Virus record (IMG/VR): IMGVR_UViG_3300032214_000715
Coordinates: 175,164-239,163 of that record
Strand: one strand, 5' to 3'
DNA: 64,000 nt
Shown here one piece after another: positions 56,281 to 64,000 of this stretch (the stretch's first letter is position 1; the number at the start of each line of letters is the position of its first letter). The notes below the pieces were generated by a model. The model ran no database searches and was not told the DNA's origin. It saw nothing but the letters and a program-made list of their open reading frames with translations. Made by a program: the position numbers and the translations under genes.

Positions 56281-57831
56281 TTAATACCTCTTTAATAATC
56301 CACTTAATTTGCGAATTCGAGCTAACTCGTTTTCGGCAAGTGGTGGTGCTGATGGCATAGAGTCCAAATCACGCGGTGGTTGCTGAGGGAGTTCTTTTGA
56401 CTGCGCCGGTGATTTATTATTGCTTGATGGTTTAAGTTTTTCTGTATTTGGTTTTGCTGTAGGCTCTGGTTTAGCTGGTGTGTCTAAACCTTCTTTGTCT
56501 AGATCGTCCAACTTATTCAGTACTTTACTAAAGTGCTCGTTGTCTGGCTGTTCTCTCATCCAAGCAATAATTATTGTTTTTGCGTCTGCGTTTGGATCGC
56601 CGGCGGCATTCTCAAGTCTATTGAATAAGGTGTCATCATCAATATAATCTTTAATTTGCCCTATTGCGTTGGTTGCGTCTGGACCCAAAAATAATTCTTC
56701 ACTATCAGTCGATAGTAATTCAACTAATGCATCTATGTCGCCAGTCTGCGTTGGCTCTAAATCTTCTTCAACGCTAGCAGGATTCATATCAGCGACTATG
56801 CTTGAATTATTAGAGCTTGTGGAACTTGAATTACTGCCGCCTGTAAGCCCACTAACTGCTCCGCTAACTGCTCCTCTTGCCACTCCACTGGCTACTGCGC
56901 CAGCTACTCGACCAACTGCTCCTATCGCTAGCCCAAGATTTTCCAATACCGGTATAGCAGCCTCTATTCTTGGGTCTAGATGTTGGTGAGTAAACATTTC
57001 AGCCACCATACCCTCTGAGGGTTGAACTTCTCTTAGAGTTGGAGTCCAGTTTTCAAAGTACTGTCTAAATCCTCTGCTGCTACGTAGTTTTTTCATTGTC
57101 TCGCGCAGATTTAAATAGTGTTCAGCTGCCTCTGTTATAAGAACGTTTACGCTTTCATTGAACTGTTTTTTATGTGTGGCTCTTATAAATCCACCTAACT
57201 TTTTGATATCGTCGCACAACTGAGCTATATGTTTGCCGCGCTCATCATATGGATTTCCGCCTTCTGCTATCAATCTAGCAAACACATAACCCTCAGAGGG
57301 TTTCTTTGTGGGTAGAACAAATCTTTCGCCGAATTGATTTTCAACAAATATTTTGTCCACGTGTCTAAATCGTTGATCGTTTTCTTCTAATGCCTTATTG
57401 TGACGTATAAACATTTTAACTTGCGCCGGCGTGGAATCGCTAGTACTGGTATATTTGGTGCCGTGATAACCCTCGCTTATAGAGTGCTTTTTTTGTCTCT
57501 TCATCCAATCGTTAAAGCTTCCTGGGTCTGTATCGTATCGCAGTCCATGTCTTGTTGCCCAATTACTCATATCTTTTAAAAAGTCAGTCCAATCAGCGGT
57601 TGCGTTTTTTACAGCATTTTTATTAAAAAAGATTATTAACTCATTAAGATTGTTTATCGCTATAATAAAAGTTCCGACTTTTTTGTTTTTTCTTTTAAAA
57701 GTAAAATTAAAAGCAGTGGCATTTTCTGCGTCAAGCGCCGGTTTACCATCGTTAATAGCTACGGGATCAAAATTCAGTGTATCCAACTTATCATAAAGTT
57801 TAACGTTTAATGGTTCTTTTGTTTTAGGCAT
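56281..57831 (-). CDS. Large phage protein, putative head-associated
   Basis: IFVENQFGERF..ARLIAEGGNPYD..G.HI; C-terminal ELARIRKLSGL. Confidence 0.6.
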   Translation of the reverse strand: MPKTKEPLNVKLYDKLDTLNFDPVAINDGKPALDAENATAFNFTFKRKNKKVGTFIIAINNLNELIIFFNKNAVKNATADWTDFLKDMSNWATRHGLRYDTDPGSFNDWMKRQKKHSISEGYHGTKYTSTSDSTPAQVKMFIRHNKALEENDQRFRHVDKIFVENQFGERFVLPTKKPSEGYVFARLIAEGGNPYDERGKHIAQLCDDIKKLGGFIRATHKKQFNESVNVLITEAAEHYLNLRETMKKLRSSRGFRQYFENWTPTLREVQPSEGMVAEMFTHQHLDPRIEAAIPVLENLGLAIGAVGRVAGAVASGVARGAVSGAVSGLTGGSNSSSTSSNNSSIVADMNPASVEEDLEPTQTGDIDALVELLSTDSEELFLGPDATNAIGQIKDYIDDDTLFNRLENAAGDPNADAKTIIIAWMREQPDNEHFSKVLNKLDDLDKEGLDTPAKPEPTAKPNTEKLKPSSNNKSPAQSKELPQQPPRDLDSMPSAPPLAENELARIRKLSGLLKRY

Positions 57832-57871
57832 ATTTAAAGTCCGATTATCTAGTATTTATCACTGACTCACT

Positions 57872-58648
57872 CTATTGAATCGTATCGGATCTGCTATCAA
57901 ATTTTTTTCTTACATCACCGACGGTAAAGTATCCACGTTTTGCTACTTCAGGAAGCTCGCGAAATGCTGGGTTTTGATCCCACACACTACCGCGATTTAA
58001 TTTGTTAGCTGAAATACTTTTAAAAATTGGAACGTTATATTGCTTTCTAGCACCCAACACAAAGTCATCTGGCTTGTTGTGTGTTACCACCGCTGGCATA
58101 AACGTTGATAGATAGATATCACTAGCCTTTGATCCGGGCGGTAATTTTTTAATCTTGTAGTATCTTAATACCCAATCAAGTTGCTCTACTGCCGACATTC
58201 CTCTTAACTTGTCGGTAGTTGTTCCAATATACTCAGCAGTTTTTGGCATAAACTGAATAAGTCCAGTTGCTCCAATTCTGTTTGTTATACTTGGATCAAT
58301 AGTTTGTTTTGTTTCAAAAGACATCACCTTTAATAAATCTAGCGGATTTACCTGTAATGAGTTAGATATCTGCCTTAATTTTTGAGTGAATGGACCAATT
58401 TCATTTCTGGGCATTTTTGTCTTATTAGTAAGAATTTTCTCAATGTTATCTTGTTCAGGATATCTCTGTTGTAATTTAGTGACTTCTTGACCTGTCATTG
58501 CACTATGATCTTGTGCTGGTTCGCGATCTTGATAATACTTATATCCGCCGCCGAGAGCAAACCCAGTCGCTAACGCAGCAGCTCCGAGTTTATCTCGCCA
58601 TCCCTCTTCTAGTTCAGTATTTTCTAGTATGATTTCATTAACGCGCAT
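57872..58648 (-). CDS. Lytic transglycosylase/lysozyme-like virion protein
   Basis: VMSFET (catalytic Glu); GATGLIQFMPKTA; QLDWVLRYY; N-terminal LEEGW plus hydrophobic stretch. Confidence 0.8.
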   Translation of the reverse strand: MRVNEIILENTELEEGWRDKLGAAALATGFALGGGYKYYQDREPAQDHSAMTGQEVTKLQQRYPEQDNIEKILTNKTKMPRNEIGPFTQKLRQISNSLQVNPLDLLKVMSFETKQTIDPSITNRIGATGLIQFMPKTAEYIGTTTDKLRGMSAVEQLDWVLRYYKIKKLPPGSKASDIYLSTFMPAVVTHNKPDDFVLGARKQYNVPIFKSISANKLNRGSVWDQNPAFRELPEVAKRGYFTVGDVRKKFDSRSDTIQ

Positions 58649-58655
58649 CTAGTAT

Positions 58656-60215
58656 TTATGACATGACCATTATAAACGGCATCGGTTGAATTTCTTCGCT
58701 ATGATCGCGTATGTGTGAGTCAAGATCAACGTGATAGTTTTGTAGATGCTGTAGCATTCTTACTATCAACACTAAAGCCATTACCAAGTCATCAGTTTCG
58801 CCCAACTTAGCGGCATAACTACCACCACTACTGACAAAAGTTTTTAGTTCGCTTATCAATGATTGACTCTTAATCTTTAACTTTTTACTCTCTATTAGAT
58901 TTTTTAACTTACTACAAGCGTTTAGTTTTGATTTATTAGTAGTATTGAATCCTCGTCTGTATCTTCGTGATGCTCCGACGGATTTTGGTTCACTAATCAT
59001 AGTGCCTGGTATATTTTCTTCACCGTATTCTGCTAGAGATATGAGTGCCGCTTCTCCAATAGTATTGTTCTCTAAACTGTAGTACAAATTGTTTGGCTGT
59101 TTTGTGTGTTCAACTATTTCTTTATTAATAGTAGCTATCAACTTAATTTGTTCTGGTATAGTGGTGCGATTGTGAGTCCATTCTGCTACTTGCTCGGTAG
59201 TATCAGCTTCAAATACTTGTATAGCAGCAGGGTCTCCTCCAGTTCCTAAGCTAGGGTCCAGTGATACTACGTATATATGATCTCTACTAGGTTTTTTGAA
59301 CCAACGAACTTGTCCAGTCTTATACAGTGGAGCGGACGCCTCTAATCCAGCAAGAACTATACTGTCTATTAATGTCTCCTCGTCAATGATGAATTCGCAA
59401 TTGTGTTCGCGGCGGAATCTTTCATCACCTATTTTACTGCGTTCTTCTTCAGCCCATATTTGATCACGATCTGGGTGTTCATCCCACAATGCCATAAATG
59501 GACTGAACCCATTTTTACCCAACTTAGTTGGGTTACCATATGCGTCAACTTTTTTGTTGGCATCTTTCCATATTTGCGCAAATTGATCTTCATCGCTATT
59601 TGGAGTACTTGTGATAATACACTTACCGCCTGTTGCTAGAGTCGGCGATATAGATGTCCAGAATTCTTTAGCAATTGTTGGTCTTACGAATGCGAACTCG
59701 TCAAGATATAGCAGTGACAATGCCATGCCTCGTCCGGTTTTTTCGGTAGTTGCTCGTGCTACTATGCGACTTTTGTTCTCCAGGTCTATATTTCCCTGAT
59801 TGTATGATTCTACGCCCGGTTTTAACCACATTGGGCACATTTCATACGCATAGCGTATACGCTGCATGATTTCTTGAGCTCCGCTGTACTGATGCGCTGC
59901 TATCAATATAGTTTTATCATAGTTGAACATAGCAAACCATAACAAGTAACCAGCAGCACTAGTGGTTTTACCCAACTGTCTACCAAGCAAAGAAACTGAA
60001 AACCGATTCTCGTGATAATTTTTAATTAAATCAACTTGATAGGCGTATGGATCATATAGCACTTGGCCCTTAGTAGGATGCTGGATATAAAAGTAGTTTC
60101 TCATCCAGTACTCGTAACCAGTATCAGGGTCAGCGCATTTTAGAACCTCAAGTATTTGTTCATCAGTAAGACTTATTACTGCGCCTTTAGAACGAATAAA
60201 TTGATTATCGCTCAT
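58656..60215 (-). CDS. Terminase large subunit (T4 gp17-like)
   Basis: YAYQ; GRQLGKTT; LYLDEFAF; ITSTPN; RREHNCEF; SLDPSLG.G.D; TDDLVMAL; start MSDNQ at 60215. Confidence 0.93.
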   Translation of the reverse strand: MSDNQFIRSKGAVISLTDEQILEVLKCADPDTGYEYWMRNYFYIQHPTKGQVLYDPYAYQVDLIKNYHENRFSVSLLGRQLGKTTSAAGYLLWFAMFNYDKTILIAAHQYSGAQEIMQRIRYAYEMCPMWLKPGVESYNQGNIDLENKSRIVARATTEKTGRGMALSLLYLDEFAFVRPTIAKEFWTSISPTLATGGKCIITSTPNSDEDQFAQIWKDANKKVDAYGNPTKLGKNGFSPFMALWDEHPDRDQIWAEEERSKIGDERFRREHNCEFIIDEETLIDSIVLAGLEASAPLYKTGQVRWFKKPSRDHIYVVSLDPSLGTGGDPAAIQVFEADTTEQVAEWTHNRTTIPEQIKLIATINKEIVEHTKQPNNLYYSLENNTIGEAALISLAEYGEENIPGTMISEPKSVGASRRYRRGFNTTNKSKLNACSKLKNLIESKKLKIKSQSLISELKTFVSSGGSYAAKLGETDDLVMALVLIVRMLQHLQNYHVDLDSHIRDHSEEIQPMPFIMVMS

Positions 60216-60409
60216 ACTGGTCGCTCCCCAGTAAGATATGGTTTTGAGAACCAAAGTTTAAACCACTCATCAGTGCCAGGTCTGATATTGTTCTCACGCA
60301 TTAATCGTGCCTTTTCGGCAGCAGTAATGCTTATATTACTACCTGCGGTTGATTCTCCCGATTGTGGTTTAATGCCGGCGATTGCTCGCCATCTATCCAA
60401 TTCGTCCAT
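60212..60409 (-). CDS. Small protein upstream of the terminase
   Basis: 65 aa; MRENNIRPGTDEWFKLWF; ATGA overlap with the terminase. Confidence 0.65.
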   Translation of the reverse strand: MDELDRWRAIAGIKPQSGESTAGSNISITAAEKARLMRENNIRPGTDEWFKLWFSKPYLTGERPV

Positions 60410-60435
60410 ATACTATTTATGAGCAAAATAATAGA

Positions 60436-60819
60436 TTACTTATAACCCTTAAATGGCGTTATTGGGCTGCTCTTATCAATATGCGAGGGCTCAACACTTT
60501 TCTTGCTGCTAGTTTTTATTTTTTTACTAAGCCCCATAGTACTCATAGCAGCATCTATATATCCATCCAATTCTACGCCGTATCCAATTACTATTTCGTT
60601 CTCACCCCATTCGGATTCCGCAGACAATGAAGACACCCCGTCTTTCTTTCTTTGTTCTTTACCACGATGACCTGCTACTAGTACCCCAAATCTATATTGA
60701 CGATAGGCATCTTGATTTTTTAATTCAGGAAGAGCATATGAGTGCGGAAGAGTATCATAAATGTCAGGATGTGGCTCCCGTTCGTGCTTAGACTCGTTTA
60801 TAAATTCACGTGCTCTCAT
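60436..60819 (-). CDS. Hypothetical protein, putative head-internal
   Basis: MRAREFINE start; DAYRQYRFGV. Confidence 0.6.
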   Translation of the reverse strand: MRAREFINESKHEREPHPDIYDTLPHSYALPELKNQDAYRQYRFGVLVAGHRGKEQRKKDGVSSLSAESEWGENEIVIGYGVELDGYIDAAMSTMGLSKKIKTSSKKSVEPSHIDKSSPITPFKGYK

Positions 60820-60825
60820 AATAGT

Positions 60826-61080
60826 TTAGTTCAAGTCTTGCCACGCAGCAGCAACACCATTGAATCCACGAAATTTTCCAGTAGTAGTGTTGTAATAGAA
60901 TTGACCTGGTATTGGATTTGTTGGATCCATATCAGCCAGAGGAGCAATAAAAACGCCAGTAGCTCCACTCTGTGTATATAATTCAGTAAAGTTACTGTTG
61001 ATTTTTTGAAACGCAGTACGTAACGGATCGCCCTGTCTATCATTTGCTTGAGTTCCAACGTTAATTGATTGCTGAGCCAT
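60826..61080 (-). CDS. Small baseplate-wedge-like protein
   Basis: INVGTQANDRQGDPLRTAFQKINSNFTELY, resembles the N-terminal motif of T4 gp9/gp10. Confidence 0.65.
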   Translation of the reverse strand: MAQQSINVGTQANDRQGDPLRTAFQKINSNFTELYTQSGATGVFIAPLADMDPTNPIPGQFYYNTTTGKFRGFNGVAAAWQDLN

Positions 61081-61113
61081 ATGCTATTCCAATTGTGTAT
61101 AAGTATTTATCAC

Positions 61114-62454
61114 TTATGCTATATAAAGAAATCTCAAAGCACACATATGATTTTGATAATTTATAGGTGTGGGCGAGCCCTGCCAGGTGGAGCTGGGAGA
61201 AATAGTATTATAGCCATATAGAACAATCGTGCTATTGTCAATTTTTTCAGCAAACGAAAATTTATTAACGCACCCGAGTGATATACCACCTGAAGAAAAA
61301 CTAATTGTCGGCGGCGTGAAAGTTGGAGACGTACATTGAAGATTTTTATAATTAATAATTCTAACGCGAATCGTATGACTATTTACCCAGTTCCAGCCAT
61401 CGCCGGATGCGTTGCTCGGGAACGGTCCAAAAATAATAGCGTTATCATTTGATAGCGAAAATGCGTTACTACAAACTACGCTCGACGTACTAGCTCCAGT
61501 AAAAGGTATTACTGTCGGGTTGGTGACGGCCCCGTACTGATAGAAATTCAATCTGCCGCCGTCAAGATTAGCAATATATGTTGACTCTCCGTTTATGTTA
61601 TTTAATATTGCCGATGATCCCGCGGTACACGCCGTTGGAACTGTACTATTCCCGGGAACAGTTGTAAGTGTGTCAATATTGGCAATATTTGTAGTGGTTA
61701 GCACGCTGTATGCCTTCAAGGCAACAGAGTTAAGGCCACTGACAGAACTATAGTGAAGCATCGCTATTCCGCTTCCATCTTCGGCATCCAAAAATCTAGT
61801 AAATCCTAAGTCACCGCGTTGGCCGCCAGTTAGATAAGCACCAAAATTAGTACTGGTTATTACTTTTGTTGTATTATTCCAATTTATTTTTAAAATGTTC
61901 AGTGTAGCGGCATTATTATAATTAGGTATAGAAATTAAAACATTAGATTGATTAACTCTTTTATAAGTCACTATGGGTAAATATGTAGCTGATCCAAGTA
62001 ATGGTCCCCAAGCTGCTTGAGAAGTAAAGTTACCAGTATTCGAACCCATATTAATTGTAACACTGTTAGAATTTACTCTTGTGATTACATTTGTAGATGA
62101 ATTTATTTCTAATACGCTTACATCTAATATATAATTTGGACTAACAAACGAGCCTCTTAATACCATAACCTGAGTATCACTTAATTTTACTAAACGATAA
62201 ACAGCATTATTTACGGTAGATGGTGATTGTAAATCTAATAAAACTTGATTACGCAATATAGTGGTAGTAGGACTAGCAGTTTTAATGTTACTGACTGTAA
62301 AAATACAAGCGTAAGTTCTATTTGGACTGTTTTGTTCGTATATACATATAAATCTATTAGAGCTTAGCCATATAACATCTCTGGACCACACGTGTGTGAA
62401 GCTAGCGGAAGAACCACTAGCCGTAATTGGTATATTTACTGTTGTATCTGGCAT
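61114..62454 (-). CDS. Putative beta-propeller virion/adhesion protein
   Basis: 446 aa N/S/T-rich; repeated LSxxxxI strand starts; own late promoter. Confidence 0.55.
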   Translation of the reverse strand: MPDTTVNIPITASGSSASFTHVWSRDVIWLSSNRFICIYEQNSPNRTYACIFTVSNIKTASPTTTILRNQVLLDLQSPSTVNNAVYRLVKLSDTQVMVLRGSFVSPNYILDVSVLEINSSTNVITRVNSNSVTINMGSNTGNFTSQAAWGPLLGSATYLPIVTYKRVNQSNVLISIPNYNNAATLNILKINWNNTTKVITSTNFGAYLTGGQRGDLGFTRFLDAEDGSGIAMLHYSSVSGLNSVALKAYSVLTTTNIANIDTLTTVPGNSTVPTACTAGSSAILNNINGESTYIANLDGGRLNFYQYGAVTNPTVIPFTGASTSSVVCSNAFSLSNDNAIIFGPFPSNASGDGWNWVNSHTIRVRIINYKNLQCTSPTFTPPTISFSSGGISLGCVNKFSFAEKIDNSTIVLYGYNTISPSSTWQGSPTPINYQNHMCALRFLYIA

Positions 62455-62530
62455 ATTTTTCCTTTATGTTATTTATAGAACTAACTTATTAGAACAATAA
62501 TCACTAATATTTGATATATCACACATCATA

Positions 62531-64000
62531 TTATAAGAATGGGTTAAGCGTCGATGTAAACGCGTTGCCGACGTTAGTGATAGTAACATTATTAATACTT
62601 TTGTCAACAATTGATTCGCTTTGACATGTCAACAATGCTGTGTTTGTTATAGCAGTTAATGGTGATGTGGGCACACTAACACCACTAGGATAAACTCCGG
62701 ATCCTCTTACTATTCTAAAATTACTTATAAAAGATTTACTGAGATATTGACTACCATATCCTCCCCCAATAGCAAAGTTTCCACCATAACTTATATAGTC
62801 GCCCCCCACTGATACATTATCCTCACCATTTATTGTTAATTTAGTTGATCCGTTAATTCTACTGATTACTAAGTGATACCAGGTATTTGTCGTCACTATA
62901 GCCATTGTCCCTCCGCCACCTTCGCCAACACCTCCAGCGACCATAAACAATGAATTGTTTTGTACTCTAAGCAGTAATCCATTGGGGTTGGCGGGGTATT
63001 TCAATCCTCCAGTTGTAGTGCTGATCTGCCATACCACTCTATTTTCTGTAGCATCAGTAAAAAGTACCCAACACTCTACAGTGAAATCCCCCGTACCTAG
63101 CGCAGGTATTACGCCATTCAAATAACTACTTCCGTCAAAGTTGACACTGTTATAACCAGAACCATCAGAACCACCACCGGTACCTCCGCCTCCGCCTCCG
63201 CCGCCTCCTCCAGATGCTAGAGAAATTTCAACTCCACACCATCCAGTAGTCCAGTTTGTGGTTGTTACTCCATTGGCTGTGGTGCCTGAATAATTTTGTA
63301 AGTACCCAACAAAATTTTTAGTTATCGTAGCAGTAGCTCCAGGGGCAACTAACCCGGCGTGAACGGCAGCTACGGCAAAATCCGAATCCTGTGTGTAAGG
63401 ATTTGAGCCCCACACTGTGGTGCCAGTTAATGACCCAGTTACTGTTTGAGTTGCTGATGTTGCTTCGTTACAAATCGTAACGCTGTCGGCGTTTATTTCT
63501 ATAGCTGTCGATGGCATATTAATATTTATAGAACTTACTTGATCGACAGACCAATAATCCCAACTATTAGATATATATCCATCACTTTCTATAGTCGCTG
63601 TCGTCGGCATACTTCTATTAGTTGATCCAATAAAATTATTATCCCAAAAATTCCAACTATTAGGTATATATCCATTGCTTTCTAATACGGCAGTAGTCGG
63701 CATATTCAAGTTAGTAGAACTAACCATACCGCTTGTCCATGTACTCCAATCAACATTTAACTCAATTCTATATACATAAGCACTGCCAGCATCAGTAAAT
63801 CCGCTATGATCGTCAAGATATGCGCCAACTACAATAAGATCACCACTTATACTTATTGAAACTCCAAAACTGTCAATTCCAGCAGCATCACTAGCTGTTA
63901 ATTTTTGTTCTTGTACCCAACTAGTTCCGTTATATCTATATACATACGCACTACCAGCATCAGTAAATTCACTATGATCGTCTTGTCTTGATCCAACTAC
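62531..64000 (-). CDS. Multidomain adhesin-like protein, partial: FG-GAP repeats, LCCL, Gly linker, LamG/ConA
   Basis: Frame open past the window end: DAGSAYVY x2, FGVSISISGDLIVVGA; VWGSNPYTQDSDFAVAAVHAG..Y.GTTANGVTT; FDGSSYL..GTGDFTVECWV. Confidence 0.78.
   Translation of the reverse strand, partial: VVGSRQDDHSEFTDAGSAYVYRYNGTSWVQEQKLTASDAAGIDSFGVSISISGDLIVVGAYLDDHSGFTDAGSAYVYRIELNVDWSTWTSGMVSSTNLNMPTTAVLESNGYIPNSWNFWDNNFIGSTNRSMPTTATIESDGYISNSWDYWSVDQVSSININMPSTAIEINADSVTICNEATSATQTVTGSLTGTTVWGSNPYTQDSDFAVAAVHAGLVAPGATATITKNFVGYLQNYSGTTANGVTTTNWTTGWCGVEISLASGGGGGGGGGGTGGGSDGSGYNSVNFDGSSYLNGVIPALGTGDFTVECWVLFTDATENRVVWQISTTTGGLKYPANPNGLLLRVQNNSLFMVAGGVGEGGGGTMAIVTTNTWYHLVISRINGSTKLTINGEDNVSVGGDYISYGGNFAIGGGYGSQYLSKSFISNFRIVRGSGVYPSGVSVPTSPLTAITNTALLTCQSESIVDKSINNVTITNVGNAFTSTLNPFL

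Noticed and set aside
22184-60254. ORF-track start sites at 22184, 25878, 32718, 43888, 48539 and 60254
   Set aside because: They fall within promoters or upstream genes; downstream starts (22232, 25842, 32700, 43873, 48500, 60215) fit RBS, promoter or coupling evidence better
1-64000. Alternative genetic code, tRNAs, introns or inteins in core genes
   Set aside because: Core genes (terminase, helicase, RecA, UvsW, ClpA) are uninterrupted and of normal length in the standard code; TAA, TAG and TGA all act as stops; no tRNA cloverleaf recognised by eye

Overview
A 64 kb fragment of a large, AT-rich tailed dsDNA phage genome with a distant T4-like gene set (jumbo myovirus-like). It uses the standard genetic code and almost all genes are on the minus strand. 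From left to right it holds: a cluster of paralogous tail-fibre/virion proteins (1-12.7 kb); a GT-A glycosyltransferase, ClpA, DnaJ, a 3TM holin, PhoH, a clamp loader and GroES; further fibre genes with tandem repeats; a PD-(D/E)XK exonuclease and putative head-associated proteins; a replication module (gp41-like helicase, gp61-like primase, gp62-like clamp-loader subunit, UvsW); a free-standing HNH endonuclease with a structured leader; a GC-richer early island in which nearly every gene has its own copy of a sigma70 promoter/RBS repeat; UvsY, UvsX/RecA and gp32 SSB; a ligase-like/HxGH nucleotidyltransferase fusion; a lytic transglycosylase; the large terminase; and an FG-GAP/LCCL/LamG adhesin. 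Most notable: (i) an extremely reduced C-family (DnaE/Pol III alpha) polymerase split into two intein-free genes 14 kb apart, with a catalytically dead Hint-like ORF near the C-half; (ii) a promoter-cassette array in which upstream TGA stop codons are embedded in the TTGACA -35 boxes; (iii) a candidate structured RNA in front of the HNH nuclease; (iv) widespread leaderless genes and shared short peptide tags on putative virion-internal proteins. All calls come from reading motifs by eye; no database searches were run.
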